Part shown: piece after piece, positions 62,701-64,000 of the stretch
How the letters are laid out: every line of letters begins with the position of its first letter
How positions within the stretch are numbered: the first letter of the stretch is position 1
Source of the DNA: Amphiscolops sp. MND2022
Taxonomy: Eukaryota
Direction: 5' to 3'
Assembly (NCBI GenBank): GCA_964187785.1
Contig: OZ076412.1
Coordinates: 30,318,001 to 30,382,000 of the forward strand
Length of the DNA: 64,000 bases
Notes under the pieces: model-generated
What the model saw: the letters and a program-made list of their open reading frames with translations, nothing else
Database searches by the model: none
What the model was told of the DNA's origin: nothing
Program-made: the position numbers and the translations under genes

Positions 62701-64000
62701 CGAGCTCGTTCCCGAACCGATCAAGCAGCAGTTTTTACAGCACTATTCTAAGCTGAAAAAGTTGGCTCAAATCACAATGCCGCGTGCAATTGTAAAAAAT
62801 GCTGCCGTCATCTATGCTCGTACCACTGGTCTTTGGAAATGTGAGCTCGCATTTGCTCACTTCTAAAACGAAGGTTGCCCCAGTGAAGGTTGTCTCAATG
62901 CCTCGTCTTGAGCTTTGTGGTGCACACTTAGCCGCAAAACTGCTTGAAGCTACCATGTCAACTCTTCAGATAACTGGTCTTGAACAATCTTTCCACGCAT
63001 GGACAGACTCCACCATCACTCTCCAGTGGTTATAGCAACTCCCGCGAACTTGGACCACATTTGTAGCGAACAGTTTCCTACATACAAGAAATTATCAAAA
63101 GAGATAGCTGGAATCATGTTCCAACAAATGACAACCCAGCAGATCTGGCCTCAAGGGGACTCTCAGTTGAAGATACGGTTGACTCTCGCCTTTGGTGGTC
63201 TGGCCCTGAATGGCTACCACACCCAAAATCTTATTGGCCTCAACTAGATGTACAATCCTCATCTGTGTTACCAGAGAAACGTGAGCTGAAGGAAACTTCC
63301 AAGGCCAAAAACAGAACATTTACTCCTGTAGAAGTTACGACACTCACAAGCAGTCAGAGACTCAATTCAAGTACTCAAGTTCTGCCGACTGAAAAATTCA
63401 GCAGCTTCAATAAGCTCATCAACGTCGTCAGCAACGTCATACGATTCATCAATGCGCTGAGAATAAGAATCGACTGTCATACTCCACAACTAGCAGAAAT
63501 CGAAATTCGTAGATTGCAATAGCAAAGATCATTAGACAAGATCAGATACAAACGTTCCCAGATGAGTACGCAATTCTGCGAAGGCAAGCTGAATTGACAC
63601 GAAAATCCCCTCTCCTCAATCTGTCACCCTTTCATGACAAGGAACTTGATGTCATTCGTGTCGGAGGTCGTCTCGCACAATCAAGTTTGCATGAAGACAA
63701 GAAGTTTCCCTATCTGATTGCTAAGGATTCACCTCTAAAGGAGCTTCTAATTCGTCACTACCATGAAGTTACCATTCATGGGGAGGCATATTGACTCTCA
63801 ATACAATGAGAGAACAATTCTGGCTGGTGAACGGAAGAAAAACGGTAAATAAATTCATCAAGAACTGTGTCAAATGTTTCCGTTTTCAATCGAAGTCTAC
63901 TCAGCTAATGGATGACCTACCTAGCGAACGCGTGACCCCAGCTAGGGCGTTTTCCACCTGTGGAATAGATTTCGCTGGACCTTTCAATGTCAAGGACAAG
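59770..64000 (+). mobile_element. BEL/Pao LTR retrotransposon gag-pol (gag, zinc knuckles, protease, RT, RNase H, integrase), frameshifted; runs off the window end
   Basis: LKLPKLSLPTFTG…QKLHYLKSSL (gag); CINCSEGHKLHQC, CFNCLRPGH…C and CQKCQKLHHTLLH knuckles; ALLDSGS (protease); YLPHHCV, KLRVVFDGS, DIEKMYRQV, FYVDDFL (RT); KLYDPMGWLAP, SKTKVAP…[12 protein letters not shown] (RNase H); VGGRL, C..C, GIDFAGPF (integrase). Frame breaks near 60870, 61720-61820, 62800-62830 and 63050. Confidence 0.96.

Overview
AT-rich, repeat-dense animal (invertebrate) nuclear DNA with spliceosomal introns; it is not prokaryotic, and the species cannot be determined from the window. Host genes: the 3' part (M1-M4) of a nicotinic acetylcholine receptor-type Cys-loop subunit (122-1215, +), an interferon-inducible/IRG (p47)-like GTPase (16931-~18730, +), and two intact 479-aa cytosolic M20 dipeptidase (CNDP2-like) paralogues on the minus strand (48116-50202 with one coding intron; 56379-57818 with none). 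The rest is mobile-element debris: a decayed Ty3/Gypsy element, a CR1/L2 LINE fragment, an internally deleted pogo/Tigger element, several MITEs with clear target-site duplications, a decayed Polinton/adintovirus-type protein-primed DNA polymerase B whose 3' half is tandemly amplified four times (~2 kb unit), a 4.4-kb tandem duplication starting inside the IRG exon, a 96-bp loopless palindrome, and a young but frameshifted BEL/Pao LTR retrotransposon apparently nested in a piggyBac-type element. The most striking observation is that hAT-type MITEs (CAGGG... termini) sit inside the coding sequences of both the nAChR and the IRG gene. In both, an in-frame protein is restored by removing a segment that begins GG three bases inside the terminal repeat (CAG|GG) and ends at an AG three bases beyond the insertion. 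This suggests introner-like, possibly non-canonical GG-AG, intron creation. It is inference and needs RNA data.
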